Source of the DNA: an uncultured Phycisphaerales bacterium
Lineage (GTDB): Bacteria; Planctomycetota; Phycisphaerae; Tepidisphaerales; Tepidisphaeraceae
Reading direction: 5' to 3'
DNA: 64,000 nucleotides
NCBI GenBank assembly: GCA_963758525.1
Contig: CAVWVQ010000003.1
Span: forward strand, 4,128,001-4,192,000
The notes under the pieces were generated by a model. It had not been told where the DNA came from and did no database searches. It was given only the letters and a program-made list of their open reading frames with translations. Shown here piece by piece: positions 1 to 7,695 of this stretch (its first letter is position 1; every line of letters begins with the position of its first letter). The position numbers and the translations under genes were made by a program.

Positions 1-1
1 G

Positions 2-385
2 ATGAGTCGTGGTGCGGCAGGTGCCAACGATTCGGCGGTGATGCAGGATCTCTCGCAGATGCGCAGCGGCATCGACCTGTTCGCCAGTGAACATGGCGGG
101 ACCTATCCCAGCACGACGCCTGCGACCTTCATCAACCAACTGACCACGTATACGGACATCACCGGCGCGGCAGTCGCCACCAAGGACGCAACCCACATTT
201 ACGGTCCCTACATCAAGTCGATCCCGGCATTGCCTGTCGGGACCAACAAGGGTCTGAAGACGATCACAGCCACCGGCCCGGCTGGCACCGGTGCGTTTGG
301 CTGGTTTTACGACGGTCTAACCGTATGGGTGAATGATCCGGCGACGGATGTCGACGCCACGGGAACCGCCTACAACACCTACTAA
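2..385 (+). CDS. Major pseudopilin/pilin-like protein (GspG-like), 5' end outside window
   Basis: DLSQMRSGIDLFASEHGGTYP helix and GPY motif typical of GspG-type pseudopilins; first gene of a pilin-like operon. Confidence 0.7.
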   Translation: MSRGAAGANDSAVMQDLSQMRSGIDLFASEHGGTYPSTTPATFINQLTTYTDITGAAVATKDATHIYGPYIKSIPALPVGTNKGLKTITATGPAGTGAFGWFYDGLTVWVNDPATDVDATGTAYNTY

Positions 386-467
386 ACTCAAATGCGCTGT
401 TCCGATTGCCCGGCCACACGTGAGCCGGGCAATCGCTTTTTAATTGCGGCATTGTCGGGGCAGGACG

Positions 468-2630
468 ATGAGAAAGCGATCGCGACCGGGTAACGCATTC
501 ATCTCTGAAGGGGCTTCTTGTCAACGGCGAGACGGCTTGATTGCTAAGTTCCGTTCATTGCTCTCTCCGATCAGCTTCGCGCACTCCCCCTGCGCCCTTG
601 GCGGGGAGGCTAACGAGGCGGGGGTTTGGGGGCAGAGCCCCCAAGTCTTTGTCGTTCTCGGCGGAACCGTGGCTGCCATCCGGCACCGCGCGGGCGGCGC
701 GATGCGGCGGTTGAATTCATCTCTACGCGGTCATCGGACGGACGGGTCGCAATGCCAGGCCGTGTGTTCCGAGCCGAATAAAACCTTGTTCGCGTCAACC
801 GGGCCGAATTCACACTGTCGCAGTCACCAGCAGAACCCGAATCCGACGCCAGTGGCGTCCGATTCGAACCAATGCCTGCCGGGCCGAATGAAGCCGAGTC
901 GCGGTCTCCAGATTGACGAGACATCGTCTTGCATGGCTGCAAGAACTATTGATGTCATAAGCGTTCCGCCGAACCGCTGGTCATGCCAGGATCATCTCCT
1001 CTTCTTGTTTGACAGGTTGTTGCTTAGCAGATTGTTGCTTGAGCCGGGCCTTGTTGGCCGCCCGCTCGTGTCCGGTGGGCTCCTGGCCCTGGTAGGCCGT
1101 CCCGTCGCGGACCATGGCAAAGAGGACACGCAGCAGGCGTCTTCCCATCGCGACGTTCGCCTTGGGCTTGACCATGTGTCCGATCAGCCGCTGGCGGATC
1201 GCCTCCTGCTTCGCGTCGGAGCGGCAGAGGGTGACCGCGGCCTTGCACAACGCCCAGCGCAGCGTGGCGCTGCCCGCCTTGGTGATGTGACCCGACTGGG
1301 TCCGACCGGCCGACTCCTGGTTGTCGGGAGTCAATCCCGCCCAGAACTCGAGGGTGTCGGCGTTGGGAAAACGGGAGAACTCGCCGATCTCCGCGGCGAT
1401 GATGCACGCCCAGATCTCGTCGATTCCCGGCACGCTCTTGAGAATCGCAATCAGGGAGGCGAATCGCCGGTCGCGGTTGGCAAAAATGATTTTCCTGCGC
1501 AGGCAGTCCCGCTGTCGCTCGATCAGGCAGACCAGGTCCAGGAAGTTGCCGAAGGCTTCGCGCTGCACGTCCTTGAGCAGATCGCCATTGGCCAGCAGCC
1601 ATTTCTGGGCGCCGACGCCGTCCAGCTTGGGACCGCCAATGTTGGCGGCCAGGAGCATCGACCGCATGGCGTGCTTGGCGCGGGTGAGGGTGCGGGACAA
1701 ATGCCGCCAGTGCCGGCCGAGCTTGCGGAGCTGCATCACTGCTTCGGGGGCGATCCATCCCAGCGGGCACTCCCCGCGGGAGAGGCGCTGGGCGATGTCG
1801 GCCGCGTCCTTGCGATCGGTCTTGCGCCGCTTACCCCGGAGGTTGGACAACTGCGTCGCGTCGGCGATCTCGATCTTGTCCACGCAGGAGCGGAAGCGGT
1901 CGATGAACCACTCGACAAAGCCGACGGCTTCCACTGCCAGGCGGCTGGGACGCGGCAACGCCAGCATCCATTTTTCGATGCGGTCAACGCACTTGGTGTC
2001 ACAGGTCAGCGCGGCGATCTGCGTCCCCGAAGCATCGACAGCACACAGCGAGACGGTACACTTATGCAAATCCACGCCGACGAACGCGGCGTACGAAACA
2101 GGCACATCAGACATAACAAACTCCGTGTTAGGGACCAAGGGAACTTAGAACACTCCCGGAAGCGTAACGGCTTCCGCAGGCCCCTTCACGGTTTTACACT
2201 GATCGAACTGGTGTTGATGCTCACCATCATCAGCGTTCTAGCCGCCATCGCCGGACCTCGTTACGCGAACTCGCTTGCACTCTATCGGGCCCAGGCAGGC
2301 GCCCAGCGAATCGCTGTTGATCTGGGCCTGGCGCGCTCACAGGCACGCATATCAAGCGCGGGGCAGAGCGTGGTGTTTAATTTGAACTCGAACAGCTACA
2401 GCCTTCCCGGGATGGCGGGCCTTTCAGGTCAGACGTCTCCTTATAACGTCAAGCTGTCCAGCGCCCCTTATATCGCGACCCTGGTCACGGCGTCTTTTGG
2501 ATCAGGATCGTCCGTCTCCTTCGATCAATACGGGCAGCCATCCGCGGGAGGAACCGTTAAAGTTCAATCCGGGGCCTTCGCGAAAACCGTCATTCTTGAT
2601 CCCAACACCGGTCTGGCAACCGTCCAATGA
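468..2630 (+). CDS. GspH/FimT-like pseudopilin carrying an in-frame IS110 insertion in its prepilin leader (155 aa without the IS)
   Basis: ATG at 468 after AGGA. Removing 502-2196 gives MRKRSRPGNA-FTLIELVLMLTIISVLAAIA, a class III signal peptide. The frame stays open through the IS. Confidence 0.85.
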   Translation: MRKRSRPGNAFISEGASCQRRDGLIAKFRSLLSPISFAHSPCALGGEANEAGVWGQSPQVFVVLGGTVAAIRHRAGGAMRRLNSSLRGHRTDGSQCQAVCSEPNKTLFASTGPNSHCRSHQQNPNPTPVASDSNQCLPGRMKPSRGLQIDETSSCMAARTIDVISVPPNRWSCQDHLLFLFDRLLLSRLLLEPGLVGRPLVSGGLLALVGRPVADHGKEDTQQASSHRDVRLGLDHVSDQPLADRLLLRVGAAEGDRGLAQRPAQRGAARLGDVTRLGPTGRLLVVGSQSRPELEGVGVGKTGELADLRGDDARPDLVDSRHALENRNQGGESPVAVGKNDFPAQAVPLSLDQADQVQEVAEGFALHVLEQIAIGQQPFLGADAVQLGTANVGGQEHRPHGVLGAGEGAGQMPPVPAELAELHHCFGGDPSQRALPAGEALGDVGRVLAIGLAPLTPEVGQLRRVGDLDLVHAGAEAVDEPLDKADGFHCQAAGTRQRQHPFFDAVNALGVTGQRGDLRPRSIDSTQRDGTLMQIHADERGVRNRHIRHNKLRVRDQGNLEHSRKRNGFRRPLHGFTLIELVLMLTIISVLAAIAGPRYANSLALYRAQAGAQRIAVDLGLARSQARISSAGQSVVFNLNSNSYSLPGMAGLSGQTSPYNVKLSSAPYIATLVTASFGSGSSVSFDQYGQPSAGGTVKVQSGAFAKTVILDPNTGLATVQ
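519..524 (-). promoter_or_regulatory. -35 box (TTGACA) of a predicted circle-junction promoter of IS copy 1 (copy 2: 2693-2698)
   Basis: Minus-strand TTGACA plus 17 nt reaches the element end; joining the ends gives TTGACA-N17-TAAAAC facing tnp. Confidence 0.65.
640..860 (-). ncRNA. Putative bridge/seek RNA of IS copy 1 (limits approximate)
   Basis: Segments at 809-817 and 751-755 match the target halves; 716-724 and 665-671 match the donor-junction halves; order is target loop then donor loop. Confidence 0.7.
981..2114 (-). CDS. IS110 family DEDD transposase/recombinase
   Basis: VGVDLHK, AVEA and KTDRKDA (DEDD); SVPGI; AGLTP..QESAG catalytic-Ser region; TKAG..LRWAL; ATG at 2114 with GGAG RBS. 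Confidence 0.95.
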   Translation of the reverse strand: MSDVPVSYAAFVGVDLHKCTVSLCAVDASGTQIAALTCDTKCVDRIEKWMLALPRPSRLAVEAVGFVEWFIDRFRSCVDKIEIADATQLSNLRGKRRKTDRKDAADIAQRLSRGECPLGWIAPEAVMQLRKLGRHWRHLSRTLTRAKHAMRSMLLAANIGGPKLDGVGAQKWLLANGDLLKDVQREAFGNFLDLVCLIERQRDCLRRKIIFANRDRRFASLIAILKSVPGIDEIWACIIAAEIGEFSRFPNADTLEFWAGLTPDNQESAGRTQSGHITKAGSATLRWALCKAAVTLCRSDAKQEAIRQRLIGHMVKPKANVAMGRRLLRVLFAMVRDGTAYQGQEPTGHERAANKARLKQQSAKQQPVKQEEEMILA

Positions 2631-5269
2631 GCCGCAAAAACAGACTGCCAACGAGACTTCGCCGAAGTGCTTTCATCTCTGAAGGGGCTTCTTGTCAACG
2701 GCGAGACGGCTTGATTGCTAAGTTCCGTTCATTGCTCTCTCCGATCAGCTTCGCGCACTCCCCCTGCGCCCTTGGCGGGGAGGCTAACGAGGCGGGGGTT
2801 TGGGGGCAGAGCCCCCAAGTCTTTGTCGTTCTCGGCGGAACCGTGGCTGCCATCCGGCACCGCGCGGGCGGCGCGATGCGGCGGTTGAATTCATCTCTAT
2901 GCGGTCATCGGACGGACGGGTCGCAATGCCAGGCCGTGTGTTCCGAGCCGAATAAAACCTTGTTCGCGTCAACCGGGCCGAATTCACACTGTCGCAGTCA
3001 CCAGCAGAACCCGAATCCGACGCCAGTGGCGTCCGATTCGAACCAATGCCTGCCGGGCCGAATGAAGCCGAGTCGCGGTCTCCAGATTGACGAGACATCG
3101 TCTTGCATGGCTGCAAGAACTATTGATGTCATAAGCGTTCCGCCGAACCGCTGGTCATGCCAGGATCATCTCCTCTTCTTGTTTGACAGGTTGTTGCTTA
3201 GCAGATTGTTGCTTGAGCCGGGCCTTGTTGGCCGCCCGCTCGTGTCCGGTGGGCTCCTGGCCCTGGTAGGCCGTCCCGTCGCGGACCATGGCAAAGAGGA
3301 CACGCAGCAGGCGTCTTCCCATCGCGACGTTCGCCTTGGGCTTGACCATGTGTCCGATCAGCCGCTGGCGGATCGCCTCCTGCTTCGCGTCGGAGCGGCA
3401 GAGGGTGACCGCGGCCTTGCACAACGCCCAGCGCAGCGTGGCGCTGCCCGCCTTGGTGATGTGACCCGACTGGGTCCGGCCGGCCGACTCCTGGTTGTCG
3501 GGAGTCAATCCCGCCCAGAACTCGAGGGTGTCGGCGTTGGGAAAACGGGAGAACTCGCCGATCTCCGCGGCGATGATGCACGCCCAGATCTCGTCGATTC
3601 CCGGCACGCTCTTGAGAATCGCAATCAGGGAGGCGAATCGCCGGTCGCGGTTGGCAAAAATGATTTTCCTGCGCAGGCATTCCCGCTGTCGCTCGATCAG
3701 GCAGACCAGGTCCAGGAAGTTGCCGAAGGCTTCGCGCTGCACGTCCTTGAGCAGATCGCCATTGGCCAGCAGCCATTTCTGGGCGCCGGCGCCGTCCAGC
3801 TTGGGACCGCGAATGTTGGCGGCCAGGAGCATCGACCGCATGGCGTGCTTGGCGCGGGTGAGGGTGCGGGACAAATGCCGCCAGTGCCGGCCGAGCTTGC
3901 GGAGCTGCATCACTGCTTCGGGGGCGATCCATCCCAGCGGGCACTCCCCGCGGGAGAGGCGCTGGGCGATGTCGGCCGCGTCCTTGCGATCGGTCTTGCG
4001 CCGCTTACCCCGGAGGTTGGACAACTGCGTCGCGTCGGCGATCTCGATCTTGTCCACGCAGGAGCGGAAGCGGTCGATGAACCACTCGACAAAGCCGACG
4101 GCTTCCACTGCCAGGCGGCTGGGACGCGGCAACGCCAGCATCCATTTTTCGATGCGGTCAACGCACTTGGTGTCACAGGTCAGCGCGGCGATCTGCGTCC
4201 CCGAAGCATCGACAGCACACAGCGAGACGGTACACTTATGCAAATCCACGCCGACGAACGCGGCGTACGAAACAGGCACATCAGACATAACAAACTCCGT
4301 GTTAGGGACCAAGGGAACTTAGAACACTCCCGGAAGCGTAACGGCTTCCGCAGGCCCCTTCACGGTTTTACACTGATCGAGATGGTCACCAGCATGATCA
4401 TTTTGTCGGTTCTGCTGCTGGCGTGCGGTTCGATTGTCATGATGGCGACGCGGGCCACGACCGATGGGTCGGTTCGTAATGTGGCTCAGCTTCAGGCGGC
4501 GGACGCAGCCAGTCAGATGACCGATGATCTGAATGTCGCGATCAACTTCACGCAACGTACCTCCACCGCAACGACGTTTACCGTCCCCGATCGGTTAAAT
4601 GCAGGAACTCCCCAGATTGTCTCCTATAGCTGGTCGGGCACGTCGGGAACCCCGCTTCTGCGCCAGTTCAACGGTGGACCAGCCACGGCCATCCTTTCGA
4701 CCGTCCAAAGCCTCAACCTCGCATACACACCCAGATTGATGGGACCCGCGCCAGGTCCTGTGGAGCAGGTGCTTTTCTCACATGACGCCGCGGTCGGCGT
4801 ATTCAAAGACTACAAAATGGACGACCAGAACTGGGGATCGCAGTATTTTGTTCCGACATTGCCATTTGGCACCAGTTCGTACACGCTGACACGAGTTCGC
4901 CTGATGCTCAAGGGCGCACCGCAGAACGCCGTCATGAACGTCAGCCTGGTGGCTCCAGACGCTTTTGATCGGCCGACGGGCACCACGATTGCGCAGACTA
5001 CCGTTTACGGGTCGGCTCTCAGCAGCCAATATGAATGGATCGATATTCCGTTCGCCGGATTGACGAACCAGAACCCATTGCAAGCGCTTTGTATTGTTCT
5101 GACTCCCGCCAATGGCGGGAAGGACATTGGCAACATTCAAATTGACCAATCGCTGCTGAACATTCTTTCCAATGCCTATTGGTCGACGACGTCAAATGCA
5201 GGCTCCTCCTGGTCGGCGGGCGTCTCGACCACGGTTGCCCGCTTTTACGTCTTCGGAACGATTCCCTGA
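2627..5269 (+). CDS. PilW/GspJ-like pseudopilin carrying an in-frame IS110 insertion in its prepilin leader (315 aa without the IS)
   Basis: ATGA overlap with upstream gene; removing 2676-4370 gives MSRKNRLPTRLRRSA-FTLIEMVTSMIILSVLLL. Confidence 0.85.
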   Translation: MSRKNRLPTRLRRSAFISEGASCQRRDGLIAKFRSLLSPISFAHSPCALGGEANEAGVWGQSPQVFVVLGGTVAAIRHRAGGAMRRLNSSLCGHRTDGSQCQAVCSEPNKTLFASTGPNSHCRSHQQNPNPTPVASDSNQCLPGRMKPSRGLQIDETSSCMAARTIDVISVPPNRWSCQDHLLFLFDRLLLSRLLLEPGLVGRPLVSGGLLALVGRPVADHGKEDTQQASSHRDVRLGLDHVSDQPLADRLLLRVGAAEGDRGLAQRPAQRGAARLGDVTRLGPAGRLLVVGSQSRPELEGVGVGKTGELADLRGDDARPDLVDSRHALENRNQGGESPVAVGKNDFPAQAFPLSLDQADQVQEVAEGFALHVLEQIAIGQQPFLGAGAVQLGTANVGGQEHRPHGVLGAGEGAGQMPPVPAELAELHHCFGGDPSQRALPAGEALGDVGRVLAIGLAPLTPEVGQLRRVGDLDLVHAGAEAVDEPLDKADGFHCQAAGTRQRQHPFFDAVNALGVTGQRGDLRPRSIDSTQRDGTLMQIHADERGVRNRHIRHNKLRVRDQGNLEHSRKRNGFRRPLHGFTLIEMVTSMIILSVLLLACGSIVMMATRATTDGSVRNVAQLQAADAASQMTDDLNVAINFTQRTSTATTFTVPDRLNAGTPQIVSYSWSGTSGTPLLRQFNGGPATAILSTVQSLNLAYTPRLMGPAPGPVEQVLFSHDAAVGVFKDYKMDDQNWGSQYFVPTLPFGTSSYTLTRVRLMLKGAPQNAVMNVSLVAPDAFDRPTGTTIAQTTVYGSALSSQYEWIDIPFAGLTNQNPLQALCIVLTPANGGKDIGNIQIDQSLLNILSNAYWSTTSNAGSSWSAGVSTTVARFYVFGTIP
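2814..3034 (-). ncRNA. Putative bridge/seek RNA of IS copy 2 (limits approximate)
   Basis: Same four guide-like segments as copy 1, offset +2174. Confidence 0.7.
3155..4288 (-). CDS. IS110 family DEDD transposase/recombinase
   Basis: Same motifs as copy 1; three amino-acid differences (G/R, V/A, D/E). Confidence 0.95.
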   Translation of the reverse strand: MSDVPVSYAAFVGVDLHKCTVSLCAVDASGTQIAALTCDTKCVDRIEKWMLALPRPSRLAVEAVGFVEWFIDRFRSCVDKIEIADATQLSNLRGKRRKTDRKDAADIAQRLSRGECPLGWIAPEAVMQLRKLGRHWRHLSRTLTRAKHAMRSMLLAANIRGPKLDGAGAQKWLLANGDLLKDVQREAFGNFLDLVCLIERQRECLRRKIIFANRDRRFASLIAILKSVPGIDEIWACIIAAEIGEFSRFPNADTLEFWAGLTPDNQESAGRTQSGHITKAGSATLRWALCKAAVTLCRSDAKQEAIRQRLIGHMVKPKANVAMGRRLLRVLFAMVRDGTAYQGQEPTGHERAANKARLKQQSAKQQPVKQEEEMILA

Positions 5270-5277
5270 GTTATGCA

Positions 5278-5892
5278 ATGCAAAAGCCCCCGCGCGAAAA
5301 ACATCGAGGCTTTACGCTTGTTGAGGCAACGCTGTCTGTTGCCATCGTGGGCATCTTGTTAGTCGCTTCCACGGCCACATTCGGATCCATCGCACAAGCC
5401 CGCAAGTCACAAGTGGAGAGTCGAGCGGCATTTTTGCTGGCCCAGCAGTTAATGACCGAAATCATGCAATGCTATTTCCGGCAGCAGGGCACGAACCCTG
5501 TCTTCGGGCCCCAGGCAGGGCAGACCCGGCCAACCTTCAATTACGTCGACGCTTATAACGGCTACACCGCCAGTCCCCCGACGTCGCAGGGGGGCGCGAT
5601 TCTCCCGGATTACACCGGTTGGTCCGAAACCGTAACCGTGGCCTTTGTGGATCCGAACACGTTTTCCATCTCGGCAGGCTCAACGCTTAAACAGATCAAT
5701 GTGGTGGTCACCGCGCCGTCCGGAAAGAGCTACACCCTGGTAGGACTCCGATCTCAATTCGGCGCGTATGAGCTGGTGCCTTCTGCTCAAACCAATTTTA
5801 TTACCGGAGTGTCTGTTTCGTTACAGGGGGGCTTTCCGGCGAAAACGATCTACACGGGCGCTCACCCGCTTAATATCTCCTCATCACAATGA
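5278..5892 (+). CDS. PilV/GspI-like pseudopilin with uninterrupted prepilin motif
   Basis: MQKPPREKHRG-FTLVEATLSVAIVGILL class III signal peptide. Confidence 0.85.
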   Translation: MQKPPREKHRGFTLVEATLSVAIVGILLVASTATFGSIAQARKSQVESRAAFLLAQQLMTEIMQCYFRQQGTNPVFGPQAGQTRPTFNYVDAYNGYTASPPTSQGGAILPDYTGWSETVTVAFVDPNTFSISAGSTLKQINVVVTAPSGKSYTLVGLRSQFGAYELVPSAQTNFITGVSVSLQGGFPAKTIYTGAHPLNISSSQ

Positions 5893-7205
5893 AGAGCAAT
5901 CGCCCAAATACACCCGCTCGCAATAACTTCATCGCGGTACGGCGCAGAGGGTCCGCCTACGTGTTCGTGCTTGGAATCTCACTCATTGTGACCGTGCTGG
6001 GAATGGGCGCATTGACGCTTTCCCGCGTGTTGGCAAAGACGACTGGTGAAGGAAGCGATTGGGAGGCCGCGGGAGTCCTGGCATTCTCCGCTACAGAGCA
6101 CGCGATCTCGTACGTCAACGCTGCCGCCGCCGCTTCTCCTGGAACCTGGAGAAGTGGGTATGTCAGTCGGCAGACCGTGGTCACGCACGCAATGGGCCGT
6201 GGGAGTTTTAGCTGGGCTCTGAAAGATGAGGTGGACGGGAATCTCTCAGCCGACTACCTCCGGCCTTTTCGGGTGTACGGAATTGGGACCGTCGGCAGTG
6301 TGACGCGCGTATATAGCGTCCAGGTGATACCAGCCGGGACTCCGCTGGATGTGCTGCGGACCGCACTGCATTCGAGCGCCGCGATCACGTTGACGGGTAA
6401 TACTCAGGCGGCGAACGGGCCGATTTCGAGCAATTCAAGTGTGAGTCTGTCCGGCAGTGTCTACGCCAGCATCGAGGCGCTTTCCACCACCGGATCCGCG
6501 ACCGGAACGCAAAGCATTACAGCTCCCGCAGCGTCGAAAGCGATGCCTTCTACCAGCATCTTCAACGATCTGCTGCAAAACGCGACTGTCATCAACTACA
6601 GCTCTCTTAGCGGCGGCAATCTGCAGCAATGCCTATTGTCTTCCGCCTCTAACCCGTACGGCACCCCCGACCCCAACGGGGTCTACGCAATCTCGATGGG
6701 AGGTAACCAAACGCTGACCATTACGAATTGCCGCATCGTCGGGACATTGCTTATCCTTGCACCGAACAAAGATAACATCCAGATCAAGGGCCCAGTGGAA
6801 TGGGAGCCTGGAGGCGGAGGCAAACCAATTCTGCTGGTATCCGGCTCAGGTTGCCAGGTGACGTTTTCGGGAAGCCCGACCTGGCTGAGCGAAAGCTCCG
6901 TCGGTGTGAACCTTAATCCGCCTGCCACGCCGTACAAGGGCGCGAGCGACAACGACACGGCGGATGACTACCCGCCGCAGTATCACGGCATCATTCACAT
7001 CATGGGTGGCAGCAGTAACGCGGTGCAGCTCAACGCCAATACTTACATTATTGGAACCCTGATAGCGGACTGCTCCGTAAAGACCACCGCCCAGAGCACG
7101 CTAGTCCAGGATCCGACCATTTACGCTAACCCGCCGTTGGGGTATGCCACAGGCAACGCGATGACAGAAATCCCCGGCAGCTGGAGGTGGGACACTTTGC
7201 CTTAG
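5889..7205 (+). CDS. PilX/GspK-like minor pilin with large Ser/Thr/Gly-rich extracellular domain
   Basis: RRRG-SAYVFVLGISLIVTVLG leader lacking Glu5; last gene of the pilin operon; C-terminal PGSWRW. Confidence 0.75.
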   Translation: MKSNRPNTPARNNFIAVRRRGSAYVFVLGISLIVTVLGMGALTLSRVLAKTTGEGSDWEAAGVLAFSATEHAISYVNAAAAASPGTWRSGYVSRQTVVTHAMGRGSFSWALKDEVDGNLSADYLRPFRVYGIGTVGSVTRVYSVQVIPAGTPLDVLRTALHSSAAITLTGNTQAANGPISSNSSVSLSGSVYASIEALSTTGSATGTQSITAPAASKAMPSTSIFNDLLQNATVINYSSLSGGNLQQCLLSSASNPYGTPDPNGVYAISMGGNQTLTITNCRIVGTLLILAPNKDNIQIKGPVEWEPGGGGKPILLVSGSGCQVTFSGSPTWLSESSVGVNLNPPATPYKGASDNDTADDYPPQYHGIIHIMGGSSNAVQLNANTYIIGTLIADCSVKTTAQSTLVQDPTIYANPPLGYATGNAMTEIPGSWRWDTLP

Positions 7206-7299
7206 GGTTTTTAGACAGAGCCTGGTATGTTAAGGAGATTTGCGTCCTGCGCCGATGATCGAAGGAGCGATTCATTTTCATAGCAAGGGGAGCAGCAAC

Positions 7300-7695
7300 A
7301 TGGCGGCGAAAACTATTCTCATTGCTGACGACGAGCCGCATCTGGTTCATATTTTAAGTTACAACCTTGAAAAGGCCGGCCTTATAGTAGAGATCGCTGT
7401 GAACGGACTCGAGTGCGTCGAGAAAGCCTTGGTGTTGTCGCCGGACCTGATTGTCTCCGATTATCAAATGCCGTTGCTGGATGGGCTGCAGGCAGCGACA
7501 CAGCTCCGGGCGGATCCGCGGACCGCGCATATTCCGGTGTTGATACTCACTGCGCGAGGCCATCGAATAGAGCCCGGCGAGCTGGTCCACACCCACATTC
7601 GGGCGGTCCTTCCCAAGCCTTTTAGTGCGCGCCAGTTGTTGGCAAAAATCGAAGAGATTCTCGGTGCCCCCGATGCCGGAGCAAACGCAGCGTGA
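7300..7695 (+). CDS. Single-domain response regulator (REC)
   Basis: ILIADDE, PDLIVSDYQMP, LTARG and KPF motifs. Confidence 0.9.
   Translation: MAAKTILIADDEPHLVHILSYNLEKAGLIVEIAVNGLECVEKALVLSPDLIVSDYQMPLLDGLQAATQLRADPRTAHIPVLILTARGHRIEPGELVHTHIRAVLPKPFSARQLLAKIEEILGAPDAGANAA

Larger units (their letters stand above)
502..2196 (-). mobile_element. IS110-family element (IS1111-type layout), copy 1, 1695 bp
   Basis: Near-identical to 2676-4370; DEDD transposase; sub-terminal inverted repeats TGAAGGGGC (506-514) and GCCCCTTCA (2180-2188); long non-coding end downstream of tnp; no extended target duplication. Ends uncertain by about 2 bp. Confidence 0.95.
2676..4370 (-). mobile_element. IS110-family element (IS1111-type layout), copy 2, 1695 bp
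   Basis: Direct repeat of copy 1 at offset 2174 with about 5 substitutions seen by eye; sub-terminal IRs at 2680-2688 and 4354-4362. Confidence 0.95.

Noticed and set aside
780..785. AAAACC as an alternative right-target guide (for GGT-TTY sites)
   Set aside because: It lies in a small hairpin loop and does not match the observed GCA/GCT flanks; 751-755 fits better. Not excluded experimentally.
498..4380. Tandem duplication as an assembly artefact
   Set aside because: Copies differ at several positions, have different host flanks, and end precisely at IS-like termini.
444..5269. Reading the 728-aa and 880-aa ORFs as ordinary novel paralogous proteins
   Set aside because: The shared part is the antisense strand of an IS110 element; only the flanks are pilin sequence. 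The read-through itself is reported as a finding.
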